DNA from: Bdellovibrionota bacterium FG-2 | GTDB taxonomy: Bacteria > Bdellovibrionota > UBA1018 | Reading direction: 5' to 3' | Assembly (NCBI GenBank): GCA_051382305.1 | Contig: JBBCAV010000029.1 | Coordinates: 1 to 38,197, forward strand | Length of the DNA: 38,197 nucleotides | Shown: positions 16,587 through 26,306 of the stretch, in pieces | Layout of the letters: every line of letters starts with the position of its first letter | How positions within the stretch are numbered: position 1 is the first letter of the stretch | The notes under the pieces: model-generated | The model's input: the letters and a program-made list of their open reading frames with translations, nothing else | Databases searched by the model: none | What the model was told of the DNA's origin: nothing | Made by a program: the position numbers and the translations under genes

Positions 16587-18494
16587 GTGATAGCTCTACC
16601 AAGAATTTCCAGAAGTGGTCCGTTTGTTGTCGTCTCGCTCTTCGCGCTGCTCACTCTTTCATCGCTAGTGATCAGCTGCGCAAAACAAGAAGCGAAGCCC
16701 ACCCCGACGCCCTCAACTACGGCAACTTCGTGTCCAGCAGTCGCATCCATTGTGATCGCGCCGTCCACTGGCACCGCCAATGTTTTCTTGCCCGATCCCA
16801 TTATCGCCTCCGGAGACGCTGCTCTTTCGCCCACTTCGAAAAAGCTCGACAATTACCTCTCAAAAGTCGAACTGAAAAACCTAGACGGTAGAGGAATTCT
16901 CTCCGGAAAATACGTCAGCATTCGGAGCGGCCTCGCCTGTGGCGCGGGATATGGCGCTTATGAGCCTGGCAACTCGTTTCTATATTCTCACTCGAACGCC
17001 TATTTTCAAGAAGCCATGTCGTACTACTTTGGGGATCAATACCGGGAATTCTTGGATTCCACAGGCTCTCTCCAACCCGCCAATGCTGTCAAAATCATCG
17101 CCCACTGCATGAACGAGGACAACGCGTACTTCGTGCGATCCAAGGATGACGCTGGCGTGACCATCGATGAAAAAGTTTGCTTGGGCGACTCTACCGATAC
17201 TCACGGCGCCTCATATAGTGATGACGGAACCGTCACGATCCATGAACTTCAACATGCCACGACTGTGGACACCTACTCTGTCGAAGAGTCTCTCAGCGGA
17301 TTCTTTTATGACGAAGCAGGAGCTATCAATGAGGCCGTTTCTGATTTCATGGCACTCCTGTACACTTCACCATGGGTCAGCGCCGCATCCTTAGATCCCC
17401 GCCTCTTTAGCCGCTGGGCTCTAGGGTCCTTTCAGCCTGGACTTTCCGGAGTCCGCGGGGCTCATCGCTGCCCCGTCTATGATTCGGATTATCCAAACTG
17501 CGGCGGCTTTCCCGGATTTTCTGCCGATAAAAATACCATAAGCTACATCTACCCCGATGGTTTAGGCTGGCCCTACGCCAACAACTTTGAAGCGCCTGGC
17601 TACGCCGCAAGCGCCTTTGTCGATTATCGTGCTCAAGACGAAATCCATAATGCCGGCACCTTGTTTCTGGGTGCCCTTTGGGACGCTTTCGATTTGGTTT
17701 CCAAAAATTACCCCGATGTTACGATCCCCCAAGTTCTCATGACAAAATTAGTCATGGAATCCCTGAAACACCTTCCCCACCGAACACTCACAGACCCTTC
17801 ACCGGTCACTATGAGAGCCTTTGCATCCACCATGATCGAATGGGCTTCCGCCGTGGGATTTTCAGCAGACGATACGGCCGCACTCACCAAGGCACTTAAA
17901 GAGCGGGGCCTTTACGAAGGAACCTTGCTACCTTCAACGTGGGCAACCGTGGGTCCCGGCTGGACCAACACACCCGGCGTCTATATCAAAGACAATCCTA
18001 TCGAACTGAAAGCCTGGCTTGAAAAGATTGGCGGCGATTCAACGCTCATTTCACAAACGATTTCCACGGGACTCAACGCCAAACTCGACCCCGGCGAAGT
18101 CGCGGCGATTTGGTTTGATATTCAAAACACGTCCAACATCACGGCGGGCGGAATTCTTCTCACCATCACTTCCTTAGATCCAGAGGTCACCCTACTCAAT
18201 GGAAGAGAAGCCAATATTGCTTCGATCTCATCTACCCAAGCCCAAGTCCTTTACCACAAAATAAATGGCACCGCCGTCGTGGCCGCACTTACCTCTGCTA
18301 AATCGACCTATGATGTTCCAACCGGAAATTCCTACTTTCAAACAAACCCCTATTACCATCGTGCCTATACCTCCACTCTTTGGGTTCGAGTAGACAAGGG
18401 CGCGACTCATGGCAAGAAAGTCCGCTTCAAAGTCGAGGCGAAACCCTCGAACGGCGAGACCTCCATCGCGACCTTTGAAACAGTAATTAACTGA
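16587..18494 (+). CDS. M36/M4 (fungalysin/thermolysin-like) zinc metalloprotease lipoprotein lacking a propeptide
   Basis: Lipobox-like LVISC; GTANVFLPDP mature start; EDNAYF, HELQH (17241-17255), GAINEAVSDF, DEIHNAG, GALWD; C-terminal Ig-like domain (LDPGE). Confidence 0.88.
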   Translation: MIALPRISRSGPFVVVSLFALLTLSSLVISCAKQEAKPTPTPSTTATSCPAVASIVIAPSTGTANVFLPDPIIASGDAALSPTSKKLDNYLSKVELKNLDGRGILSGKYVSIRSGLACGAGYGAYEPGNSFLYSHSNAYFQEAMSYYFGDQYREFLDSTGSLQPANAVKIIAHCMNEDNAYFVRSKDDAGVTIDEKVCLGDSTDTHGASYSDDGTVTIHELQHATTVDTYSVEESLSGFFYDEAGAINEAVSDFMALLYTSPWVSAASLDPRLFSRWALGSFQPGLSGVRGAHRCPVYDSDYPNCGGFPGFSADKNTISYIYPDGLGWPYANNFEAPGYAASAFVDYRAQDEIHNAGTLFLGALWDAFDLVSKNYPDVTIPQVLMTKLVMESLKHLPHRTLTDPSPVTMRAFASTMIEWASAVGFSADDTAALTKALKERGLYEGTLLPSTWATVGPGWTNTPGVYIKDNPIELKAWLEKIGGDSTLISQTISTGLNAKLDPGEVAAIWFDIQNTSNITAGGILLTITSLDPEVTLLNGREANIASISSTQAQVLYHKINGTAVVAALTSAKSTYDVPTGNSYFQTNPYYHRAYTSTLWVRVDKGATHGKKVRFKVEAKPSNGETSIATFETVIN

Positions 18495-18500
18495 TCTTCT

Positions 18501-19379
18501 ATGAAACGAGTCACCCTTGCAGTGAGCGCACTGAGTATTGTTCTCGCGATCGCCATCGTCGGGGTGAGCATAAACTTTGTCATGAAGAAAGCTCGCTCAG
18601 TCAAACAGGAACTGCATCAGCATGCACTAGACGAGGCACAAACACCAAGCACGAGCCACTCCGCCAATCTATCAGGTGCGACTCCTTCAGCAACCCCTTC
18701 GTCCCTGCCGTTGCGAAAAACCAGCCCCTCCGTATTGAAGGATCCTGAAACGTTATGGAAACCTTTTCAACAACGCTATGGCGAAAATCTAAAATCTGCG
18801 TTTCTTCCATCTGGCTTCCTCGCTTCGGTCCGAGGATCAAGAGGAAACGCGGGGGGGACTCATGGAACCTCTCGAAATTTTCGTTCTGAAGACACGACTA
18901 TGGTCACCGCCCGCGCCCAAGAAATTGTTGAGGCGGCAAGTGGTCTCTTAGGCGTTCAGGCGGAATCTCCTTTGGGAACCCCGCAGATTCGAGGAAACGA
19001 AATTTCAGCCCAGATAACTTTTCGAGAAATGCACAATACTCTTCCGGTTTCCCCGGGTGGCATCATCACTTTAGATCTGGGAGCCCAAGGAGAGGTCATC
19101 GGCATCTACTCCAGTTATATTCACGACATTGCTCTCGCCAACCGGCGCATCCTCACCGAAGAGCAGGCACGGGAAAAAGCCAATGCCGCAGTCACCGAGA
19201 GCAAGACTGTGATCAACGTTGAGCCAGGGCTGCTTCTCATTTGGATTGAAAAAAGGGCCGAAGGATCAACTCCCGCACGGGGCCTTTTTGCCTATGAATA
19301 TATGGTACACGGCTTTCAAGTCATCGTGAATGCAGAGGATGGCTCGATCCTTCAGCGCCGCGATCAACGCCAGTACTGA
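18501..19379 (+). CDS. Stand-alone FTP + PepSY (protease propeptide-like) membrane-anchored protein
   Basis: N-terminal TM helix and S/T/P linker; ITFREMHNTLPVSPGG.I......GEV (FTP-like); LTEEQAREKA...AYEY...VIVNAEDGSIL (PepSY-like), then stop. Confidence 0.75.
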   Translation: MKRVTLAVSALSIVLAIAIVGVSINFVMKKARSVKQELHQHALDEAQTPSTSHSANLSGATPSATPSSLPLRKTSPSVLKDPETLWKPFQQRYGENLKSAFLPSGFLASVRGSRGNAGGTHGTSRNFRSEDTTMVTARAQEIVEAASGLLGVQAESPLGTPQIRGNEISAQITFREMHNTLPVSPGGIITLDLGAQGEVIGIYSSYIHDIALANRRILTEEQAREKANAAVTESKTVINVEPGLLLIWIEKRAEGSTPARGLFAYEYMVHGFQVIVNAEDGSILQRRDQRQY

Positions 19380-21048
19380 TTAAGAACCGCTCCGCAGGGT
19401 GTCCAAAAACCGCCGACGAGATATCGCGGGCACCCCGTTTGAGAAACTCCTGAGCTAACTGTTTTTGCCACCCCTGGGACTGATCCCAAATTAACCGATC
19501 GGCATGAAGAAGTCCGGGGTTAACCTGCCAAAAGGCTTCCCACTCGGGAATTTGGGGCTCTTCAATCTTTGAGAGCCAAGACAATGTCGAAAGATGAGCG
19601 AGGCCCCTGGAACTCGCAGCAGTGAGACCGCCCGCACCCACCCGCCTCAAGTCTGCAGCGGCATGCGCCTCCTCTTGTGTTGGCCAGAAGGAACTCACGT
19701 AAAATGCCGGCCACCGCCCCGAAAAACACAGAGCCAAGACAACGGCAGTCATCCATGTCTTTTGTGGAACGAAGCCATTTGAAAACCGTTCCACCCCCGA
19801 CCAAAGCGCCATCACCAAAAAGGGCAATATCACCAAATCATAGTGAAACTCCATCGACCGCTGCGTGGCCATGCTCGAGAGGAGATTCATCGCCAAACCT
19901 GGAATGACGGGAAACAACCAGACCCATCCCTTTCGCGCAAAAAACAAAAATGGGCCCAACAAAAATATCCCATACTTGAGCGCCGAAAAACTGAAAAGTT
20001 TTGTTTTAAGCAACATCCACCAAACCGCTGGAGAAAAGAGGAGTTTCTGTAAAACCTCTTGAGGAGTACCTCCTAATCCCGGAAAACGCTTTGGAATATC
20101 CATCGCTTTTTCCATCGCGCCCGAAAAATGAGGTATCAAAACGCGAAACGAAAAAATCCCCCATATGAGACACAGCCCTAGAACCGCAACGACCACCTTC
20201 CAGCGAGCCGGGCGAGAAAGTGTCATCCGTTTTTCATACAAAACGGGAAAAACAAAAAATAGCGCAATCCAAGCCACATTTTCCTTCGAAAAAAGTGCCA
20301 AAATCAAAAAGCCAAAAAAACCCGCAACCCTTGAACGGTAAAGTGACAAACAAGCCCCCAAAAGAAAGGCAAAAATCAAATGATCTTCCCGAAAATCCCA
20401 AATCAAACTATTGCGAAGCGACCGATTAGCCAAAATAATGAACCCAACCCAAAACCAGCGCTCGGGTCGACCCCGCAGGGGACCCAACCTAAAGCCCACC
20501 CAAAGAGGCCCAGCAACAGCGAAAACCTGCAGCAAGAAAACAAGGGTATCCGACTGAATCCAGCCCATGATCAAACCCGGCAAACCAAGCGAAAACGCAA
20601 GATGAGCACCTAAAAAACTCCCGCCGGGGCAAAAATCACACTGCAGCACTGGCCTGGAAAACGGATGAAACAACGCCTGATGAAGAAACGTCATATCGGC
20701 CATGTCGGTCCGGAAGCTCAAATGTTTCAAACAATGCGCGAGAAAAAGGCCTCCAAAAACAAGAACAAACAAACTGGCAAGCGCCCTTTTAGATCGCTGC
20801 GGATTTTGAAACCGCTCCACCCATCGAGCCAGAATCAGCACGACCCCATGTGTTTTGCCCGGAGCAAGCCAGGAGTGAAGCCCTACCAACAGAACACAGA
20901 TGAGGACCCAAAGATCAACGGAAGAGAACTCCAAAACGGGCCCCTGCGGAATTCTGACCCGCCCCCCACCCGTCAGAATCATCAAACTCACTGCAACAGA
21001 GAAAATCCAAATCGAGATGCTGAATATCTTAAGAAGGAGGCTCTTCAC
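19321..21048 (-). CDS. DUF2079 family membrane protein (GT-C fold glycosyltransferase-like)
   Basis: DMTFLHQAL, SFLGAH, WDFREDH, SKENVA, NLLS...Q....FHYD; many TM helices; GTG start overlapping upstream stop (GTGA). Confidence 0.8.
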   Translation of the reverse strand: MKSLLLKIFSISIWIFSVAVSLMILTGGGRVRIPQGPVLEFSSVDLWVLICVLLVGLHSWLAPGKTHGVVLILARWVERFQNPQRSKRALASLFVLVFGGLFLAHCLKHLSFRTDMADMTFLHQALFHPFSRPVLQCDFCPGGSFLGAHLAFSLGLPGLIMGWIQSDTLVFLLQVFAVAGPLWVGFRLGPLRGRPERWFWVGFIILANRSLRNSLIWDFREDHLIFAFLLGACLSLYRSRVAGFFGFLILALFSKENVAWIALFFVFPVLYEKRMTLSRPARWKVVVAVLGLCLIWGIFSFRVLIPHFSGAMEKAMDIPKRFPGLGGTPQEVLQKLLFSPAVWWMLLKTKLFSFSALKYGIFLLGPFLFFARKGWVWLFPVIPGLAMNLLSSMATQRSMEFHYDLVILPFLVMALWSGVERFSNGFVPQKTWMTAVVLALCFSGRWPAFYVSSFWPTQEEAHAAADLRRVGAGGLTAASSRGLAHLSTLSWLSKIEEPQIPEWEAFWQVNPGLLHADRLIWDQSQGWQKQLAQEFLKRGARDISSAVFGHPAERFLISTGVDRGAEGSSHPLHSR

Positions 21049-22778
21049 CAATCCCCCAAAGTTCCGTCCGCTAAGTTCAACGGGGCTTTAAGCTCACTGT
21101 AGAAGGAAAGCAGTGAATCTCCCGAGATTCTCCAAGGAGGGAGATAAGGAAGCCGGTCAAAACTATGTTTCAGAATTTTTCGTGTTTCTGTTTTCGAAAA
21201 CGCCCCGAGCACAGAAGAGGGACATCGATACCACGTTCCACTCACGAGATTCCAATCGAGAAGATCCGTCCAAAGTGCTCTGGGAACAAACTTCAAGACT
21301 CCAGAAGATAGCATTTTGCAGCCGCGCTCTTCCCATCCAGAATCTGGCTTATGCTGATGAAGAAGGATCACTAAGTCCGAACTGCATTGGGGCGGCGCCT
21401 CAATCCAAATCAACGGTCGAATGGCAAGCTGCGGAAAAACTGGGGAGCGTCTCTCTGCGGGAAAATATCCAAACGCGGGTTGAGGAACTTGCCCAGAAGG
21501 CCCGGGCAAGCTCAACGAAATCGGTCGACGAACAGACACCACGCCGCAAACACCGGGGTTTTCACGCAAATGCCGATTCACTTCAAAAAACGTTTCTTGG
21601 GCAATCCAGCGTTCTCCCCAAAGGCCTCGAACAAAAAACGCGCCATTCACGAGCAAACTCAAACCGACCGTAAAATTGATCAACCGCCGAAACCAAGAGT
21701 TTCTCCAAATCGACTCCGCCATATCTCGCATGACCGGAATCGAGACTAAAACAATAAGACCTTGAATCCCGGCCCAAACGCAAAGAAACTCAACCGGAAT
21801 AATAAACCGCGACTCTTTGTGCGGAACGCTCCCGTGAGCGAGGAGATAAACTATCAGAGCCAAAGCCCAAGGCTGCAAATTCTTAAGCCCAAACCAAAGC
21901 CCAGGAAGACACAACGTCGCGACAGGAATTCCGACAAAAGCTAGTGCCCCGCCCCAGTGTCCTGTCAAATAGTCGAGATAAATTGTCCCCGACTGTGCTC
22001 CAAAAAATCGACTACTTAGATCCGTAAATACGTTAAAGAGCGAGTACATCCAAAGGCTTTCCCAAGGACGCCCATAGAAAATCCAATCAGCTAGACCAAA
22101 GACAAAAATCCCCGCAGCGACTCCCAATAGATACCGGAGAAAAAATCTTAAAGAATCACGCTTGAAAAGCCAACGCAAACTCATGGTGCAAAAAAATCCA
22201 AGCGAGAAGGTCCCAGCCGGATATTTAAAAGCACCCACCGCGACACAAAATACTCCCGCGACAAAATACCACCCCCTACAAAGGGCTCCCAAAGCAAGCC
22301 AAAGCGCGATCGCACTCAAATGTTCCTGACTTGGCCTTAATGCGTCAACGGGCCCAAACCAAGGAAGCAAAACCAAAGCGGGAGCCCAAGGCAACCAACC
22401 TTTTAATACCTGTGGAAAATCCTTCTCCCGGGCCAATGCTTGGAGACACTGCCAAAATCCCCACAAAATCCCAAGATCCAAAAGTCCGGTAAAAATCTCG
22501 ACACAATAGAAGCGCGCCCCTACCCAATCACTCCCCAAAGCCCGCGCAAGACCTAACGGAAGCCCCAGAAGTGTGGGCCACGAAAGATTTCGCATGTGAA
22601 GGCTCACTTCAGAAGTGAAACTACCCACGCCATTTAGGATGAGGTTTGCAAATTCCACCGTTTGAAACCACTCGTCCGGATGGTTCCAGCGTGAATTTCC
22701 CGTAGCCGCGACCAGCCTAACCAAAACGGCAAAGGCAAACCATAGCCAATAAGGGGACACTTTCTTCATAAATCCCAT
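21045..22778 (-). CDS. GT22 (Alg9/PIG-B-like) mannosyltransferase
   Basis: HPDEWFQTVE, MRNLSWP, DWIFYG, PHKESRFIIP motifs; polytopic; ATG overlaps upstream stop (TGATG). Confidence 0.8.
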   Translation of the reverse strand: MGFMKKVSPYWLWFAFAVLVRLVAATGNSRWNHPDEWFQTVEFANLILNGVGSFTSEVSLHMRNLSWPTLLGLPLGLARALGSDWVGARFYCVEIFTGLLDLGILWGFWQCLQALAREKDFPQVLKGWLPWAPALVLLPWFGPVDALRPSQEHLSAIALWLALGALCRGWYFVAGVFCVAVGAFKYPAGTFSLGFFCTMSLRWLFKRDSLRFFLRYLLGVAAGIFVFGLADWIFYGRPWESLWMYSLFNVFTDLSSRFFGAQSGTIYLDYLTGHWGGALAFVGIPVATLCLPGLWFGLKNLQPWALALIVYLLAHGSVPHKESRFIIPVEFLCVWAGIQGLIVLVSIPVMRDMAESIWRNSWFRRLINFTVGLSLLVNGAFFVRGLWGERWIAQETFFEVNRHLRENPGVCGVVSVRRPISLSLPGPSGQVPQPAFGYFPAERRSPVFPQLAIRPLIWIEAPPQCSSDLVILLHQHKPDSGWEERGCKMLSSGVLKFVPRALWTDLLDWNLVSGTWYRCPSSVLGAFSKTETRKILKHSFDRLPYLPPWRISGDSLLSFYSELKAPLNLADGTLGDW

Positions 22779-24373
22779 CAACGCGCCCCTTTCAGAGAAA
22801 CTGCCGCCCAAAACGGACCCCTTTGACAAATCTGCAGAGACCAGCCCTTCATCGTAGGACTCGCTGCCGAGTACTGTTTAAACGGCATCCAGGGATAGTC
22901 CGTGACAAAATGAAGATCCTCGCCCCGTGGGGGGCCACGAAAATCCCCACGAGTCAAGGGGTGATCAAGAGGCAAGAAAAGGCTATGAATAATCACTTCT
23001 GAGGAATGGGCATGTTTTTCAATCAGTGCATCGACATTCTGAAAATCAACTGCCCGCGTATAATCGCGATTCGGATCTTTTCCCGCTAATTGCACCAAGA
23101 CATCAGGCCAATGAGGCTGCCAGATTTTAGTGCGCGCGCCGATCGTCGCATCAATGCAATTCACCCACGCTTCATAGCTTTCCCAAGAATACTGATCACG
23201 TGCTTCGCGCCACTGATGAACCGCGACCCCTACATGCAGTACGAGTAGCAAGCCCAACCCGAAGGCCCAGATTTTTCGAAACGGCTGGCTTATACCACTC
23301 AAAGCAAAGACAAAAAGGACCCAGAGCGAAAGATGAATCATCGCGGTAAACCAGGTCTCAGGCTTAGTCATCCAAAGATAGAAGGTCCCAAAAAGCGCCG
23401 AAACGACGGCCAAACCAATGGCCCGCTCCTTGGGCTCCCGCCAAATGCGTCGTAGCCCCACAAAAACCCCAAAAACAATCATGATCCAGGTCATGATTTT
23501 TGCGAGATTAAAAAACTTTGGAAAACCCACCGGACTCCCGAGCTCCATGAACAGAGAATGAAAAAAGCTATGAAGCGAGGTGATGTAGGGATGATAAGCA
23601 TGAAGTCGCCCGAACTGGGTGTTCAGCTGAATCCAAAAAATATCCCAATTCAAAGCGACGTAAATCAACCACGGGAGGAGAAACAAAAGGGTTCTAAGAA
23701 AAACGCCCCAAAGACTCTTAAGCCACTGTGCGGCCCAAGGTGTCTCGTGATTGCTTGCTGGATAGAGTCCCAATGCGACCGGCCCGATCCACAAAAACGC
23801 TTCAAAATGGATGTAGGCTGCGCAGGCCAAAAACCCTGAAACTCGCCATAGCCTAGACCGGCCCGAATCAAGTTCCAGTACGAGTAAAACCCAAATCAAT
23901 CCTTGCCAAATTTCAGGCCGAACAACCATCGCTCCCCAGCGGATCGAAGGCGAGAAGAGGGCGCACAGGGTGAGCAAGAACGTCAAGCCCCAGCCCACAC
24001 CCCGACGACGCGCAAAGGCCGCCAGGGCGAATGCCCAACCTCCAAAAACGAGCATTCCCAAAAACCGAAGCGCATGACTCGTATGGACCCCGAGCCGATG
24101 CGCCAAACCAAAAAGCAACGGCAAAGCCGGCATCGTATTAAAATTGGCTTGATCATAGGTCGGCACAAAAGGGGCCTGCGCGTGCATGAGGTATCGAGGA
24201 GAAGAACTCACCCACTGAATTCCTGGGAGAAAAAAGGCGGAATCATCAGGCCAAGGAACAGGGAAAAAAGAAAGCACCGAGCCCCAGAAAAAACAAACCC
24301 CTGAAAAGATCAGTGCTCCGAGCAAAACCCAAAGAGCTAGATCCGTTTTCTCTTTAAAAACAGCAAGTTTCAT
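22778..24373 (-). CDS. GT-C membrane glycosyltransferase (ArnT/PMT_2-like)
   Basis: WPDD acidic motif after TM1, MP..PL, RPE motif, many TM helices, periplasmic C-domain. Confidence 0.7.
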   Translation of the reverse strand: MKLAVFKEKTDLALWVLLGALIFSGVCFFWGSVLSFFPVPWPDDSAFFLPGIQWVSSSPRYLMHAQAPFVPTYDQANFNTMPALPLLFGLAHRLGVHTSHALRFLGMLVFGGWAFALAAFARRRGVGWGLTFLLTLCALFSPSIRWGAMVVRPEIWQGLIWVLLVLELDSGRSRLWRVSGFLACAAYIHFEAFLWIGPVALGLYPASNHETPWAAQWLKSLWGVFLRTLLFLLPWLIYVALNWDIFWIQLNTQFGRLHAYHPYITSLHSFFHSLFMELGSPVGFPKFFNLAKIMTWIMIVFGVFVGLRRIWREPKERAIGLAVVSALFGTFYLWMTKPETWFTAMIHLSLWVLFVFALSGISQPFRKIWAFGLGLLLVLHVGVAVHQWREARDQYSWESYEAWVNCIDATIGARTKIWQPHWPDVLVQLAGKDPNRDYTRAVDFQNVDALIEKHAHSSEVIIHSLFLPLDHPLTRGDFRGPPRGEDLHFVTDYPWMPFKQYSAASPTMKGWSLQICQRGPFWAAVSLKGAR

Positions 24374-24430
24374 GAACTTCCACGTTCTTTCGTGCGTGAG
24401 TTTTTGTCAAACACAAAGTAAAGTGGCTCC

Positions 24431-25207
24431 ATGTGGCTCTACGCACCGCCCTCCTCAGTACGCGCCGTGGTCCTTGTCGTCCACGGACTCAATCTTCGCC
24501 CCGAACGCATGGATCCGTTGTGTAAAATCCTTCACACCGAAGACTTCGATGTGCTTCGAGTCGCCCTCAAGGGTCACCAGGGGTCTCTGGTGGAGATGCA
24601 GTCGGTAACCCTCGAAGAATGGACGATAGAACTTGAACATCAGGCACGAGATGCGCAAATTCGCGCGCGCCACCTAGGGGTTCCCTTCTTTTTTCTCGGA
24701 TTCTCGCTCGGGGGGCTACTCGGTTGCTTACTTAAAATTCGAGGGATCGATTTTGACCGCCAAATTCTTATGGCTCCAGGAATTGCACCTCGACCCCTCG
24801 CGCGCGCCATCAGGCTGCTTGAGGCTTTCGGGGGGGAGTTCCTCATTCCCTCCTTCAGTCCCGAAGGTTATGGTGTCCATGACGCCACCTCACTCGCTGC
24901 CTATCGTGCAACCTTACGGGCAGTCGAAATCCTTGCGGCATCTGAAAAATCCGTCCTCAACCTTCCGACTCTTCTCATTATTGACCCCAAGGACACCCTT
25001 GTGAACTTCCGTCACCTGACAGAGTTTATTCAAAATAACAAACTGATTCAGTGGAAAACTCTGAAGACCAGCACCCTTCACTCCCAGATTCGTGGAACCT
25101 ACCACCATCTCATTATTGATGAAGCAAGTCTGGGCACAGAAGAGTGGGTACGAGTCGCTTCAGAAATTCGATCCTTCCTCAACGCCTCTAACCCAGAACC
25201 TCTTTGA
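24431..25207 (+). CDS. Alpha/beta hydrolase (lysophospholipase/carboxylesterase-like)
   Basis: VHGLN, LKGH, GFSLGG nucleophile elbow, D (PKD) and H (YHH). Confidence 0.88.
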   Translation: MWLYAPPSSVRAVVLVVHGLNLRPERMDPLCKILHTEDFDVLRVALKGHQGSLVEMQSVTLEEWTIELEHQARDAQIRARHLGVPFFFLGFSLGGLLGCLLKIRGIDFDRQILMAPGIAPRPLARAIRLLEAFGGEFLIPSFSPEGYGVHDATSLAAYRATLRAVEILAASEKSVLNLPTLLIIDPKDTLVNFRHLTEFIQNNKLIQWKTLKTSTLHSQIRGTYHHLIIDEASLGTEEWVRVASEIRSFLNASNPEPL

Positions 25208-26306
25208 GAATTTCTACTACATATTCCGCAATCGCGAGGCTCGAAGTTAGACCGGGTGACTCGATTCCAAAAAGGTTCACAAGACCTGAAACTCCATGCA
25301 CCGCTGAGCCATCAATTCTAAAATCAACTGAGTCGGTACCCGGAGGATGAATCTTGGGCCTAATGCCGGAAAAATCGGGACTTAAAGCACGCTCTTGGAT
25401 TGCTGGAAAATATTTTCGAACCGACTCAGAAAAAAACTGAGCACGGACAGGATCTACTTCATAGTTTTCTGAATCGACATACTCAATATCGGGTCCAAAG
25501 CGAACCCTCCCTGTAAGGTCAACAACGGAGTGAATTCCTAAAGCTCCCTGTTCAGGCAGCGGGTACACGAGCCGTGAAAATGGGGAAACCCCTTGATGAG
25601 AAAAATAGCTACCTTTTGCTAAGTAACGTTTCGGGATCTTCTCCGAAGGCATGCCCTGCACCAGGCCTGCGACTTTCTGCGCGCCCAGACCTGCGGCATT
25701 CACCAGAGTACGAGCCCGAAGCTCAAAACTGCCGCCCTCTGGATGCCCCACCCGTGCCACAAATCCGCACGCCACCTCACATCCTAAAAAGGGAGCCTGA
25801 AGAGCGATCATTGCACCCTGAGCCTCTGCCTCAGTCCGCAGCCGCAACATGAAGGCATGGGTGTCAAAAATGCCGGTTTGCGGAACATGAAGTGCACAAG
25901 CACAAGAAACCTGAGGCTCCAGTCTCTTGACTTGCTCAGCCGATAAGAGCTCTAGCCCCACAACGCCGTTCGCTTCGCCACACAGCCGGAGCTTCTCAAG
26001 CAGGAGCCCTTGTGAGGCATGTGTGGCGACCACGAGCTTGCCTGTTTGACGCGAGGGGACATCATGCTCTTTGGAATAGGAATAAATAAGCTCTCTGCCA
26101 CGCACACAGAAACGCGCCTTAAGACTGCCTGGAGGATAGTGAATTCCCGAATGAATAACTTCGCTGTTTCGGGAACTCACCCCCGTTCCCACTCGAGACT
26201 CCGCATCAATTCCAACAACATGATAGCCTTTGAGCGCAAGCTCGCGCGTGATGGACAAGCCCACAACTCCCAAACCCACCACGAGACAATCAAAGGACTC
26301 TGTCAT
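25188..26306 (-). CDS. NAD(P)/FAD-dependent oxidoreductase, L-2-hydroxyglutarate oxidase (LhgO) family
   Basis: VVGLGVVGL, SSRNSEVIHSG, GKLVVA, FGPD, GIRPK, GIESPGLTSSLAIA. Confidence 0.9.
   Translation of the reverse strand: MTESFDCLVVGLGVVGLSITRELALKGYHVVGIDAESRVGTGVSSRNSEVIHSGIHYPPGSLKARFCVRGRELIYSYSKEHDVPSRQTGKLVVATHASQGLLLEKLRLCGEANGVVGLELLSAEQVKRLEPQVSCACALHVPQTGIFDTHAFMLRLRTEAEAQGAMIALQAPFLGCEVACGFVARVGHPEGGSFELRARTLVNAAGLGAQKVAGLVQGMPSEKIPKRYLAKGSYFSHQGVSPFSRLVYPLPEQGALGIHSVVDLTGRVRFGPDIEYVDSENYEVDPVRAQFFSESVRKYFPAIQERALSPDFSGIRPKIHPPGTDSVDFRIDGSAVHGVSGLVNLFGIESPGLTSSLAIAEYVVEILKEVLG

Noticed and set aside
19594-24304. Lys/Pro/Gln-rich plus-strand ORFs
   Set aside because: Antisense artefacts of the hydrophobic GT-C genes.
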